A DNA stretch of 61,046 nucleotides, taken from positions 1 to 61,046 of IMG/VR virus record IMGVR_UViG_3300042988_000595. One strand, written 5' to 3'. A model generated the notes under the pieces. The model made no database searches. It saw only the letters and a program-made list of their open reading frames with translations, and was not told the origin of the DNA. A program made the position numbers and the translations under genes. The stretch is from a virus (taxonomy: Duplodnaviria > Caudoviricetes). This document shows positions 1 to 7,477 of the stretch, piece by piece; the stretch's first letter is position 1, and every line of letters starts with the position of its first letter.

Positions 1-227
1 ACCTCGTAGTCGAACACGCCGGCAAACTCTTGCGGGTTACGTGTCGCCAGCTCTTTGTTAACCTGCTCGGACACATCGTGAATCCACATGCAGAACTCGA
101 GGAAGCCCATGCCCTCTGAGTCCCATACCTGTTGCAGCGAGTTCCAGTTGTGGTTGATGTTCATGCCATCCATGATGTTCAGGGCGGTCACGGTCAGGTC
201 AACCGGTCTAATTTCGTACGTGCTCAT
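1..227 (-). CDS. Hypothetical early protein, 3' end truncated by window edge (MSTYEIRPVDL...GVFDYE)
   Basis: Translated by hand. GGAGG RBS, ATGA overlap with the upstream stop, open to position 1. Confidence 0.7.
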   Translation of the reverse strand, partial: MSTYEIRPVDLTVTALNIMDGMNINHNWNSLQQVWDSEGMGFLEFCMWIHDVSEQVNKELATRNPQEFAGVFDYE

Positions 228-403
228 TTTGAAACCTCCACAATCTCGATGTCGTCTCGGGTGTAGTCCATGTCTGCTTCTGCGGTGTCTTCGAGGAACT
301 CAGCGATGTCTTCCTCAGCCTCTTCCAACGAGTTGTAAATGATCTCCTCGTCGTCGATGTTCCAGAAGTCACAGTTGATCACTCTCACTTTGTACGTGCT
401 CAT
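224..403 (-). CDS. Small acidic hypothetical protein (MSTYKVRV...)
   Basis: Start moved to 403 on the basis of a GGAGG RBS and ATGA overlap. Confidence 0.7.
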   Translation of the reverse strand: MSTYKVRVINCDFWNIDDEEIIYNSLEEAEEDIAEFLEDTAEADMDYTRDDIEIVEVSK

Positions 404-723
404 TTCAGTTCCTCCGGAATCTCGACGTTGTCGCCCAACATACTGGCGACATAGCACCGCATGGCGGCGATCAATGGGGTTGGGCCAACGCCATACACCT
501 GCAACTCGGCAAATGCCGACCAAGAATCGACTGGATCGGTCCTGTTATGAAGCTCGATCTTTACCCGCTCAATGATCGGGCCACCTTGTGACCAGTCGGT
601 TGAGAAGTTCATTCTACCCAACCTGTGGTGTGGGCCGAAAGAGTCCATAGACAGAATCCAAGACCCCTCGCACTTCGCCACGGCCCAATCAAGGGCTGGG
701 CCTGTCAGTTCGGACGTACTCAT
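400..723 (-). CDS. NinX/DUF2591-family phage protein
   Basis: LTGPALDWAVAKCEG, STDWSQGGPII and GPTPLIAAMRCYV motifs. Confidence 0.8.
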   Translation of the reverse strand: MSTSELTGPALDWAVAKCEGSWILSMDSFGPHHRLGRMNFSTDWSQGGPIIERVKIELHNRTDPVDSWSAFAELQVYGVGPTPLIAAMRCYVASMLGDNVEIPEELK

Positions 724-929
724 TTCACACCACCTTTCATGACGAAGTCGGCATATGACTCGTTCCAGTTACGATACACCTTGTTGAGCCCGACGCTGTT
801 GACGTAGTCTTCAGCGCTGATGATGTTCGGGAACTCTTTACCCTTGAGGGTTGACCAGTACAGGCCGTACACCGTGCTAAGCTTGATCTCCCAGCAGCAC
901 TTCTGGGTGTTGAATGTGATTTTGTACAT
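720..929 (-). CDS. Hypothetical protein
   Basis: ORF with AGGAG RBS, coupled to the next gene. Confidence 0.7.
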   Translation of the reverse strand: MYKITFNTQKCCWEIKLSTVYGLYWSTLKGKEFPNIISAEDYVNSVGLNKVYRNWNESYADFVMKGGVK

Positions 930-953
930 GATATTTCTCCTCTGTGCAGTGGG

Positions 954-1256
954 TTACAGGTGCTTGACGCGGACGTCGTAGAACGACGAGGTCTTGATGC
1001 AGTCAGCCATCTGGCCGGCAGTCAGGAAACTCTTAGCCTTAGCCTGATCCAGTACAGGACGCTCCGTCCACTTGACGCTGACCTGTACCGACGTCGTGGT
1101 GTGCAGCCCTTCGCCAAGCAGGTCGATCGCCTCGACCTTACACAGCTCCAGCTCGGTCTTGAGAGCGGCCATCTCAGACTGCAGACGGGCGTACTTGTTA
1201 ATGAGGGCGGTCTTCTTCTGGGAAGAGACATCTGCGAGTGATACGATTTGTGCCAT
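954..1256 (-). CDS. Hypothetical protein with N-terminal coiled coil
   Basis: ORF with AAGGAG RBS downstream of a consensus promoter. Confidence 0.75.
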   Translation of the reverse strand: MAQIVSLADVSSQKKTALINKYARLQSEMAALKTELELCKVEAIDLLGEGLHTTTSVQVSVKWTERPVLDQAKAKSFLTAGQMADCIKTSSFYDVRVKHL

Positions 1257-1323
1257 TTTTACTACTCCTTACGTTAGCCATTAACTGGCGGGTGGTTGTT
1301 GTTACTGCTTGGTTGATGTGGTC

Positions 1324-1351
1324 ATTATAGACCTTTTACAAACTTTGTCAA
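1324..1351 (-). promoter_or_regulatory. Sigma70 early promoter TTGACA-16-TATAAT, overlapped by palindrome 1335-1351
   Basis: Both hexamers are perfect consensus on the minus strand, with an AT-rich UP region. Confidence 0.85.
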
Positions 1352-1374
1352 TACTTATTTTAAAATATTTTAAG

Positions 1375-1557
1375 TTATTTTTCGTCGTTACTGCGGCGGT
1401 CGGACAGGTATACATCAAGCTGGGTGTCCACGTTTGTCCAGTACTCTGATGCCTCTTGTGCGTTAAGGTAGTGCTCGAGCTCCATGTCCATCTGCAGCTG
1501 TTGAGCGCGTGATGTGGGGTACTCTTCGTCAGTTCTGGTTTGGTCTTGGTGCGTCAT
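1375..1557 (-). CDS. Hypothetical protein
   Basis: 60 aa ORF with GGAG RBS. Confidence 0.55.
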   Translation of the reverse strand: MTHQDQTRTDEEYPTSRAQQLQMDMELEHYLNAQEASEYWTNVDTQLDVYLSDRRSNDEK

Positions 1558-1594
1558 GATGTGCTCCGGTGGTGTAAGGGAGAGAGGTGGTTGA

Positions 1595-2209
1595 TTAGAT
1601 GTATGGGACTAGCAGAGCCGTCACCTTAGGGCGCTGGATGATGGTTTGCTTCACGCCTTCACGGACGCCATGGTCTTTGATGGTGGCGGTCACCAGTGCC
1701 GTCTCGCCCTTGTTCGAGAAGTCACGTGATGTGCCCTTGTAGATGACAGTGTTGTTTGCTGCGTCGTCGCAGATGAATATGTAGCTTGTGCCATAGAATC
1801 CTTCGAGCTCCACGATGTGACGCACTGTTAAACGCATCTCCATACGCTTGCCGATCTCGCCAATGTGCTCTTTGGTGGCGTTCTCAGCTGCACGCTTGTC
1901 CGCCCACTCTGCACGCCGTGCGTCGTCTTTGGCCATGCATTTACGAACAGCCGCTACTTGATTTGGGGAGAGCTTGCCGTAGGTGTGCAGGGCGGATGCC
2001 AGAGAGCCAAAAAAATTGTCCATGTAGGTGAAATGGCCAAACTTGTCTTCGCCTTTGATGCCCTTACCCTGCACGTAGTCGATCAGCTGGATTGCGTCAG
2101 GGTAGGTGCGTTCAAACGTCGTGCGAGCATTCATAATGATCCGCATTTTTGTTGCACGGTCATATGCGTCAGGGTGCTCGATGGTGCTGCCACAGGTGTG
2201 GAATGTCAT
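1595..2209 (-). CDS. Hypothetical phage protein with probable C-terminal OB-fold
   Basis: HIGEIGKR...TATIKDHGVREGVKQTIIQRPKV beta-rich C-terminus. Confidence 0.6.
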   Translation of the reverse strand: MTFHTCGSTIEHPDAYDRATKMRIIMNARTTFERTYPDAIQLIDYVQGKGIKGEDKFGHFTYMDNFFGSLASALHTYGKLSPNQVAAVRKCMAKDDARRAEWADKRAAENATKEHIGEIGKRMEMRLTVRHIVELEGFYGTSYIFICDDAANNTVIYKGTSRDFSNKGETALVTATIKDHGVREGVKQTIIQRPKVTALLVPYI

Positions 2210-2242
2210 GATGGTTACCTATAAGAGGATTGATGAGGCTTC

Positions 2243-2271
2243 ATTGTGAGCGATGTTGCAAGGTTTGTAAA
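2243..2271 (-). promoter_or_regulatory. Early promoter TTTACA-17-CACAAT
   Basis: Hexamers and spacing read on the minus strand. Leader resembles that of the gene starting at 3820. Confidence 0.6.
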
Positions 2272-2605
2272 GTACTTTTTTGAGTATATTTTGAGGTGCG
2301 TATATGCCAGTCATCAGGAAAAATACATCATGCACTTATCAGAGCTTGTAAAATTATGCGTTTGGGATAATGGGTGATTTTAGTTAAAAATAGTTAAAAT
2401 CGCATATGCCTATTGATATTTAGATGTATTTTTCTGAAAAAACGAAAATTTGGGCAATTTTAGGCTTGCTTTTACAAAATTTACACTGACTGTCAAGGAA
2501 AAAGGCACATTTTAAGACTTTTTCCGAAAAATCACCAATACCAGATAATTGATATATATATATCTTTTAAAAAAGTAATAAATAATAGATAAAGGTATTT
2601 TTTCA
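2272..2605. other. AT-rich non-coding tract (candidate origin/control region)
   Basis: Very AT-rich, contains an (AT)n run near 2551-2564 and a palindromic site at 2480-2496. Confidence 0.4.
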
Positions 2606-2682
2606 GCTGAGCTGGCTTAGTTGTACCCATGGCCGGCCGGCATGATGGTCGAATGTATTTGTCATACGCACCTATGGACAAC

Positions 2683-2706
2683 AAAAAAGCCGGCACAATG
2701 GCCGGC
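2683..2706 (-). terminator. Rho-independent terminator
   Basis: Minus strand GCCGGC-cattgt-GCCGGC followed by TTTTTT. Confidence 0.75.
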
Positions 2707-2729
2707 CCATGGTTACGATCGATCGAGCG

Positions 2730-2897
2730 CTAATCGGGCACGATGGCACGCTGCACGGCGTCGAAAAACGCGTCATCCATGCAGAACATCAACGAGCGCA
2801 GATGTCCGCTAACCTTGCCCCATGTGACATAGATAATGGCGCCCTGATGGCACGCCGTGCCGGTAATACCTTTGTATTCGAACTGAGCTAATTTCAT
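2730..2897 (-). CDS. 55 aa hypothetical protein (MKLAQFEYKG...), not in ORF track
   Basis: Translated by hand. GAGG RBS, lies between the gene at 2912-3820 and the terminator. Confidence 0.6.
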   Translation of the reverse strand: MKLAQFEYKGITGTACHQGAIIYVTWGKVSGHLRSLMFCMDDAFFDAVQRAIVPD

Positions 2898-2911
2898 GAT
2901 GTAGCCTCGTC

Positions 2912-3820
2912 TTAGTGAATGGCAATAATGATCGGGATATTGCGGAAAGCCTCAGAGCCGCACGCGTGCCCTTTGGTGGTACAGTCGCCGCACGTACCAT
3001 GGCAAGGAAAAGCTTTTTTACCGTAAGCGCTGCGCAGTGCGGCATTGACTTCTGGCGTGCCGTGTTCGTTACCTTTGACGAGGCGACCAATTGAGACAGC
3101 TACAAATTCACCTCGAGTGATTGGAAGCGCTTTGACATAGGAAACCCTGGCGTCGCTGGCATCATGGCCGGACGAGATATTCAAAAGGTAATTTGATGGC
3201 CAGCTGCAGTCAGGCATGACATTGTAAGCAAGCAAGATGGCGAACGATTTAGAGTAACCGTACGCTTTAACCTGTGGAAATTCCGACAGAAGCGCCATCC
3301 AGTTAGCTACATCCTGCACGCTGGAAAAATCCCCATCCACATATAGACGAAAATCGATCTGAGCTTGGCGCTTGCTGAGCTTGGTTACCATGGCATGGAA
3401 AGCTTGCCGGATTAGGTCAAAATTAAAGCGCATCAAAAAACAATTCGCGAACTGACGACCAAATGCAGAAGGGTAGCGCCATGCGCGGAACGAATAGCAA
3501 AATTTGAGACAGTCTCCGGCGCCGTCACAGGTTACCCCTGCCAGCGTGGAAAACGCGGCGAACGGTAACTTAGAGTTACCATCCAGTTTGATGATGCTAT
3601 AAGGCGACGCGGCCAGCTCGCCGCCCATGTGCTGACGTACCATGCGATGGAGGCGGAAAAATAACTTAACCCATGCAGGCTTTCCGGCAAAGATAGGGTT
3701 TGCAGCTGTGACGCGTACGGCTTTAAGTATTTCTTCCGGCGTGCCAGTCTGGCAGACAAGCGCTAACTCTTGCAGCAAAGAGAATACCGGAGCGTTTGAA
3801 AAGGTTTTCAGTTTGATCAT
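2912..3820 (-). CDS. GP88-like, radical-SAM-like Cys-rich protein
   Basis: GNSKL, TCDGAGDCLKFCY, FRLYVDGDF, YGYSKS motifs and C-terminal CHGTCGDC...C. Confidence 0.65.
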   Translation of the reverse strand: MIKLKTFSNAPVFSLLQELALVCQTGTPEEILKAVRVTAANPIFAGKPAWVKLFFRLHRMVRQHMGGELAASPYSIIKLDGNSKLPFAAFSTLAGVTCDGAGDCLKFCYSFRAWRYPSAFGRQFANCFLMRFNFDLIRQAFHAMVTKLSKRQAQIDFRLYVDGDFSSVQDVANWMALLSEFPQVKAYGYSKSFAILLAYNVMPDCSWPSNYLLNISSGHDASDARVSYVKALPITRGEFVAVSIGRLVKGNEHGTPEVNAALRSAYGKKAFPCHGTCGDCTTKGHACGSEAFRNIPIIIAIH

Positions 3821-3853
3821 GATGGATACCTATAGAAGGATTGAGGAACGCTC

Positions 3854-3881
3854 AGGATACAGTATTTACAGGGTTTGTAAA
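3854..3881 (-). promoter_or_regulatory. Early promoter TTTACA-16-TATCCT, overlapped by palindrome 3865-3881
   Basis: Read on the minus strand upstream of 3820. Confidence 0.6.
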
Positions 3882-4142
3882 GTGTTTTTTATACATTTGA
3901 TTTGTGCATGTAGTGTATAGCGCTGCAGTGTATGCAATACAGTAGGGTACGCCGTGCCATGCCAGCGCTGCAGCGTGCGAGCGATACAGTAGGCGACGAG
4001 CTGCGACAGGATGAGAGGTAGAGCCGGCCGGAGGCGACGCGAGACCCAACCCATGGCGATCGAGGTGGGCCCGACCCCCATTGCGAATTAATGATAACTT
4101 TACCGTGCACCTCCACATAACAACAAAATTCTGTACTAAACA

Positions 4143-4215
4143 TACTTTACACACCTTGTAAATATGTAATTTAAAAAATTTCGCTCTAAATGTACTTGAC
4201 ATACCTTGTAAATAT
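4143..4215. repeat. 23 bp imperfect direct repeat (4143-4165, 4193-4215), each copy containing the TT[TG]ACA-N5-TGTAAA palindrome
   Basis: tactttacacaccttgtaaatat versus tacttgacataccttgtaaatat, 50 bp apart. Confidence 0.85.
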
Positions 4216-4312
4216 ACATCAACACACCACCCCCTACACCACATTTCACTTTTTCATCCTCAAATCACACCTGGCACCTCATAAAATTTCAAAATTTTTC
4301 ATAAAAATACAC

Positions 4313-4329
4313 TTTACAAACGTTGTAAA
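4313..4329. promoter_or_regulatory. Palindromic operator-like site TTTACA-aacgt-TGTAAA
   Basis: Perfect match to the genome-wide motif, upstream of the terminase genes. Confidence 0.7.
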
Positions 4330-4447
4330 GTACTATCACCTCGGTCGGTCGCCACCTGCGCCGCTGAAAACCACGCCATCTACCTATACTTGATAATTTT
4401 TAACATTTGTGGCATAAGACGACTCAATTACCACGGTAGGTACCGCT

Positions 4448-4954
4448 ATGAGTGACAAAACGAACATCCAAGCTGAGAAACTGGCGCTTTTGGCGCGTGA
4501 TCTGACGCTATTCCCTGAGAGTCGTGACTCCATCCTGGCTGAATACGGCCTGACGACGGACCATCTGACGACACTGGAAGAGAATCCGATCTTTCAAACC
4601 GCGACGAATCATGCCCTGCAGCAGCTTCAGGATGACCCTATTTACCCGCAACGTCTGAAAATCGCTGCCAAGACCTCTGTACTGGCGGAACGACTGCTCA
4701 ACGAGGCGATCTGTGGCACGATGGAGCACGGCAACAGCATCAAAGTGCTGGAGTTCTCTTCCAAGATCGCTAACATGGAGCCACCCAAGGTCACCCGAGC
4801 CCAGTTGACGTCAAACACCAGTATCACCTCTTCTGGTATCGACACATCACTGTTCCGTGAAGCCGCGAAGACCCTTTCAACCGAGGAGCTCACGACCCTT
4901 GACGCACTGGTGACCAAGATGAACGCTCAGCCGAGCGACACTGCAGAGGCGTAA
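4448..4954 (+). CDS. Putative terminase small subunit
   Basis: Helical 168 aa protein immediately upstream of the large terminase. Positional call. Confidence 0.55.
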   Translation: MSDKTNIQAEKLALLARDLTLFPESRDSILAEYGLTTDHLTTLEENPIFQTATNHALQQLQDDPIYPQRLKIAAKTSVLAERLLNEAICGTMEHGNSIKVLEFSSKIANMEPPKVTRAQLTSNTSITSSGIDTSLFREAAKTLSTEELTTLDALVTKMNAQPSDTAEA

Positions 4955-5031
4955 CACTCCCGCCAACACAAACCTCATCAACCGCTGTCCGTCCCACCCA
5001 CGAGAAGGTGCTGTAGTAGCACCTGAGAGAT

Positions 5032-6678
5032 ATGGACCCAACGAAGATATACACACCATCATTTAAGCTCCCGAGCGGAGGGCAGAGGCGTCTGCATACC
5101 GCTAAGAACATCGACAAGGCGCACGCGCTCAAGACCATATCCGGCACAATCAAGTTCGAGCTGGAGAAGCGTCGGGCCGAGGCGTCGTTGTATGAGTTTG
5201 TGAAGCAAGCGTGGCACGTGGTGGAGCCAGGGGTGGAGTTCTCAGAAGGGTGGCACATCCATACCATCTGTGACCACTTGGAGGCGGTGTCCGAGCGACG
5301 GATCAAGAACCTCATCATCAACATCCCGCCGCGTCACTCTAAGTCAACCATCTGCTCCGTCATCTGGCCCGTCTGGGCGTGGCTCAAGCACCCTCAAGAA
5401 AAGTTCCTGACGGCCTCATACTCAGGCTCACTGTCTGTCCGAGATGCGGTTAAGTCCCGCCGGCTGCTCGAGTCCACCTGGTTCCAGGAGCGGTGGTCAC
5501 ATATATCCTTAAATCGCGACCAGAACACCAAGCAGCGTTACGAGAACAACGACACAGGATACCGCATCGCAGCATCCGTCGGAGGTACTACAACCGGCGA
5601 AGGCGGCTCGACACTCCTCATCGACGACGCGCACGGTGCACAGGACGCTCAGTCAGATACCATGCGGGGGTCAACCCTTGAGTGGCTCGACATGGTGTGG
5701 TCCAGCCGTAAGAACGACCCGAGGACATCATGTTCCGTCGTGATCATGCAGCGCCTGCACGCCATGGACGCCACGGGGCACCTGCTCAAGCAGGGCGGGT
5801 ACGAGCACCTCTGCCTGCCGGCTGAGTATGATGGGGTCAAGCGACGGACGAGCCTTGGTGAGTATGATCCGCGCACGGAGGTGGGTGAGCTACTGTGGCC
5901 CAACCGGTTCGGTAAGACCGAGCTCGATACCTTAAAGAAAGCACTCGGGGCGTACGGTGCGTCAGGTCAGCTGCAGCAGAACCCAGTCCCATCCGGTGGC
6001 GGCATACTTAAAATCGACCATGTCCAGTTGTGGCCATACACCGTTGAGCTTCCTGACTTCCAGTATATCGTCATCAGTCTCGACACGGCGTTCACCGAGA
6101 AGACCAGTGGCGACCCGACCGGCTGTATCGTGTTCGGGGTGTTCACCCACCGTAAGCAGCAGTGCGTCATGGTGCTGGACGCATGGACCGACCACCTCAG
6201 CTACCCAGACCTCAAAGAGCACGTCATGGACGACTGGCGCAGCAGCTACGGTGCCGTCGAGGGTAACCAGCTCAAGAAGGGGCGCAGGGCAGATACACTC
6301 CTCATCGAGGCTAAGGCGTCAGGTCAGTCGCTCCTGCAGGACATGCGGCTCAGTAACATACCGGCGATCAGTTATAACCCAGGTAAGGCCGACAAGGTGC
6401 AGCGTGCCCACATGACCGCCCCCATCCTCGAGTCAGACTGCGTGTACGTCATGGAGAGCAAGAAGCGTCCAGGCGAGCCGATCAGCTGGGCCAAACCGAT
6501 GCTCAAAGAGTGGGAGACGTTCCCTGTTGCCGAGCATGATGAGTATGTAGACTGCTTGACGCAGACCATCATATATCTCAAAGATAGCGGCTGGCTGGAG
6601 GTGCCTGTGCACGAGGACGACGAGCCTGATCGTTACACTGACGACGATCGCAGCAGATCAAACCCTTACGCCCAGTAA
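5032..6678 (+). CDS. terL: Terminase large subunit
   Basis: INIPPRHSKST Walker A, LLIDD Walker B, IMQRLH, QQNP, SLDTA nuclease and HDEYVD motifs. Confidence 0.95.
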   Translation: MDPTKIYTPSFKLPSGGQRRLHTAKNIDKAHALKTISGTIKFELEKRRAEASLYEFVKQAWHVVEPGVEFSEGWHIHTICDHLEAVSERRIKNLIINIPPRHSKSTICSVIWPVWAWLKHPQEKFLTASYSGSLSVRDAVKSRRLLESTWFQERWSHISLNRDQNTKQRYENNDTGYRIAASVGGTTTGEGGSTLLIDDAHGAQDAQSDTMRGSTLEWLDMVWSSRKNDPRTSCSVVIMQRLHAMDATGHLLKQGGYEHLCLPAEYDGVKRRTSLGEYDPRTEVGELLWPNRFGKTELDTLKKALGAYGASGQLQQNPVPSGGGILKIDHVQLWPYTVELPDFQYIVISLDTAFTEKTSGDPTGCIVFGVFTHRKQQCVMVLDAWTDHLSYPDLKEHVMDDWRSSYGAVEGNQLKKGRRADTLLIEAKASGQSLLQDMRLSNIPAISYNPGKADKVQRAHMTAPILESDCVYVMESKKRPGEPISWAKPMLKEWETFPVAEHDEYVDCLTQTIIYLKDSGWLEVPVHEDDEPDRYTDDDRSRSNPYAQ

Positions 6679-6683
6679 AAATC

Positions 6684-6692
6684 TGCTACAAT
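6684..6692 (+). promoter_or_regulatory. Extended -10 element TGCTACAAT
   Basis: Same 9-mer recurs at 9375, with variants at 12091 and 28909, each upstream of late genes. Confidence 0.55.
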
Positions 6693-6724
6693 TCACAGTA
6701 ATTTTGTGATATGTAGGTGGGACC

Positions 6725-7477
6725 ATGGGACCGCTAGTTAAATTTGCATCTATGCTGGACCCGCGTCTAGGTAAGATATATGAAGACTCGATCGCCTTCG
6801 GTAAGCAGCTACCTAGACATAATCAAGATGGTCCAGGCGATGCTGCACGCCATGCATACGCATCAGCTAAAGTAGCTGACCTGTACGGTCCGACCGCATC
6901 AGACATTCTTGGGTGGTTACACGAAGCAACATCTTTTGGTCAGGACCGCCGTTCTGTTGACATGGACGACTACAACAATCGAGTTGGGCGCGACATGCGA
7001 GGTATGGACGACGCATCGCTGCGAGAGGCTATCATTGGTGCAATCAACGAAGGCGGACTGAAGACTTTACCAAAAGGTATCGATGCTCAAGGGTACGCCG
7101 GAGGCGGACTTGTCCCAATTGGTAACCAAGGTGTTGCTCCCTATGGAGGGCGCTACGGGAGCACGTCTCCAAAAGGTAAAGGATACTTTGGTCTACTGCC
7201 GGCCAAGCATGGACACTCTTCTGAGATATCGAGCGAAGATGAACTCGGGGAGTACCCACTGATGGTACCAACTCTGTCCAAAGAAGAGTTAGAGCTATTG
7301 TTGTCTGGTGAAGTACCAACTGGCGAAATCCAAGCCAAAGCTCAAGCTCACGCTAATATGCGCAGGGATCAAGGCAAGAATACGTTTGCCGAAGAGGAAG
7401 GTCTATACCATCCAAAGCCGACGTATCGCTCAGGCGGCTTAATTCAAATGAAACACTGCAATTGTGGAGGCCGCTAA
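6725..7477 (+). CDS. Two-domain hypothetical protein: DUF6973-like N-domain plus a second phage domain, each followed by a GG motif
   Basis: DAARHAY...HE...MDDYNNRVGR, then YAGGGLV, then KGKGYFG...PLMVPTL...KAQAHA, then YRSGGLI. Confidence 0.6.
   Translation: MGPLVKFASMLDPRLGKIYEDSIAFGKQLPRHNQDGPGDAARHAYASAKVADLYGPTASDILGWLHEATSFGQDRRSVDMDDYNNRVGRDMRGMDDASLREAIIGAINEGGLKTLPKGIDAQGYAGGGLVPIGNQGVAPYGGRYGSTSPKGKGYFGLLPAKHGHSSEISSEDELGEYPLMVPTLSKEELELLLSGEVPTGEIQAKAQAHANMRRDQGKNTFAEEEGLYHPKPTYRSGGLIQMKHCNCGGR

Noticed and set aside
720-740. MKGGVK at the end of the 720-929 protein as another GG tag
   Set aside because: It is an early gene, the match is poor, and the codons double as the RBS of the next gene.
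3852-4393. ORFs called in the strand-switch region
   Set aside because: No RBS, atypical composition, and overlap with promoter and palindromic sites.
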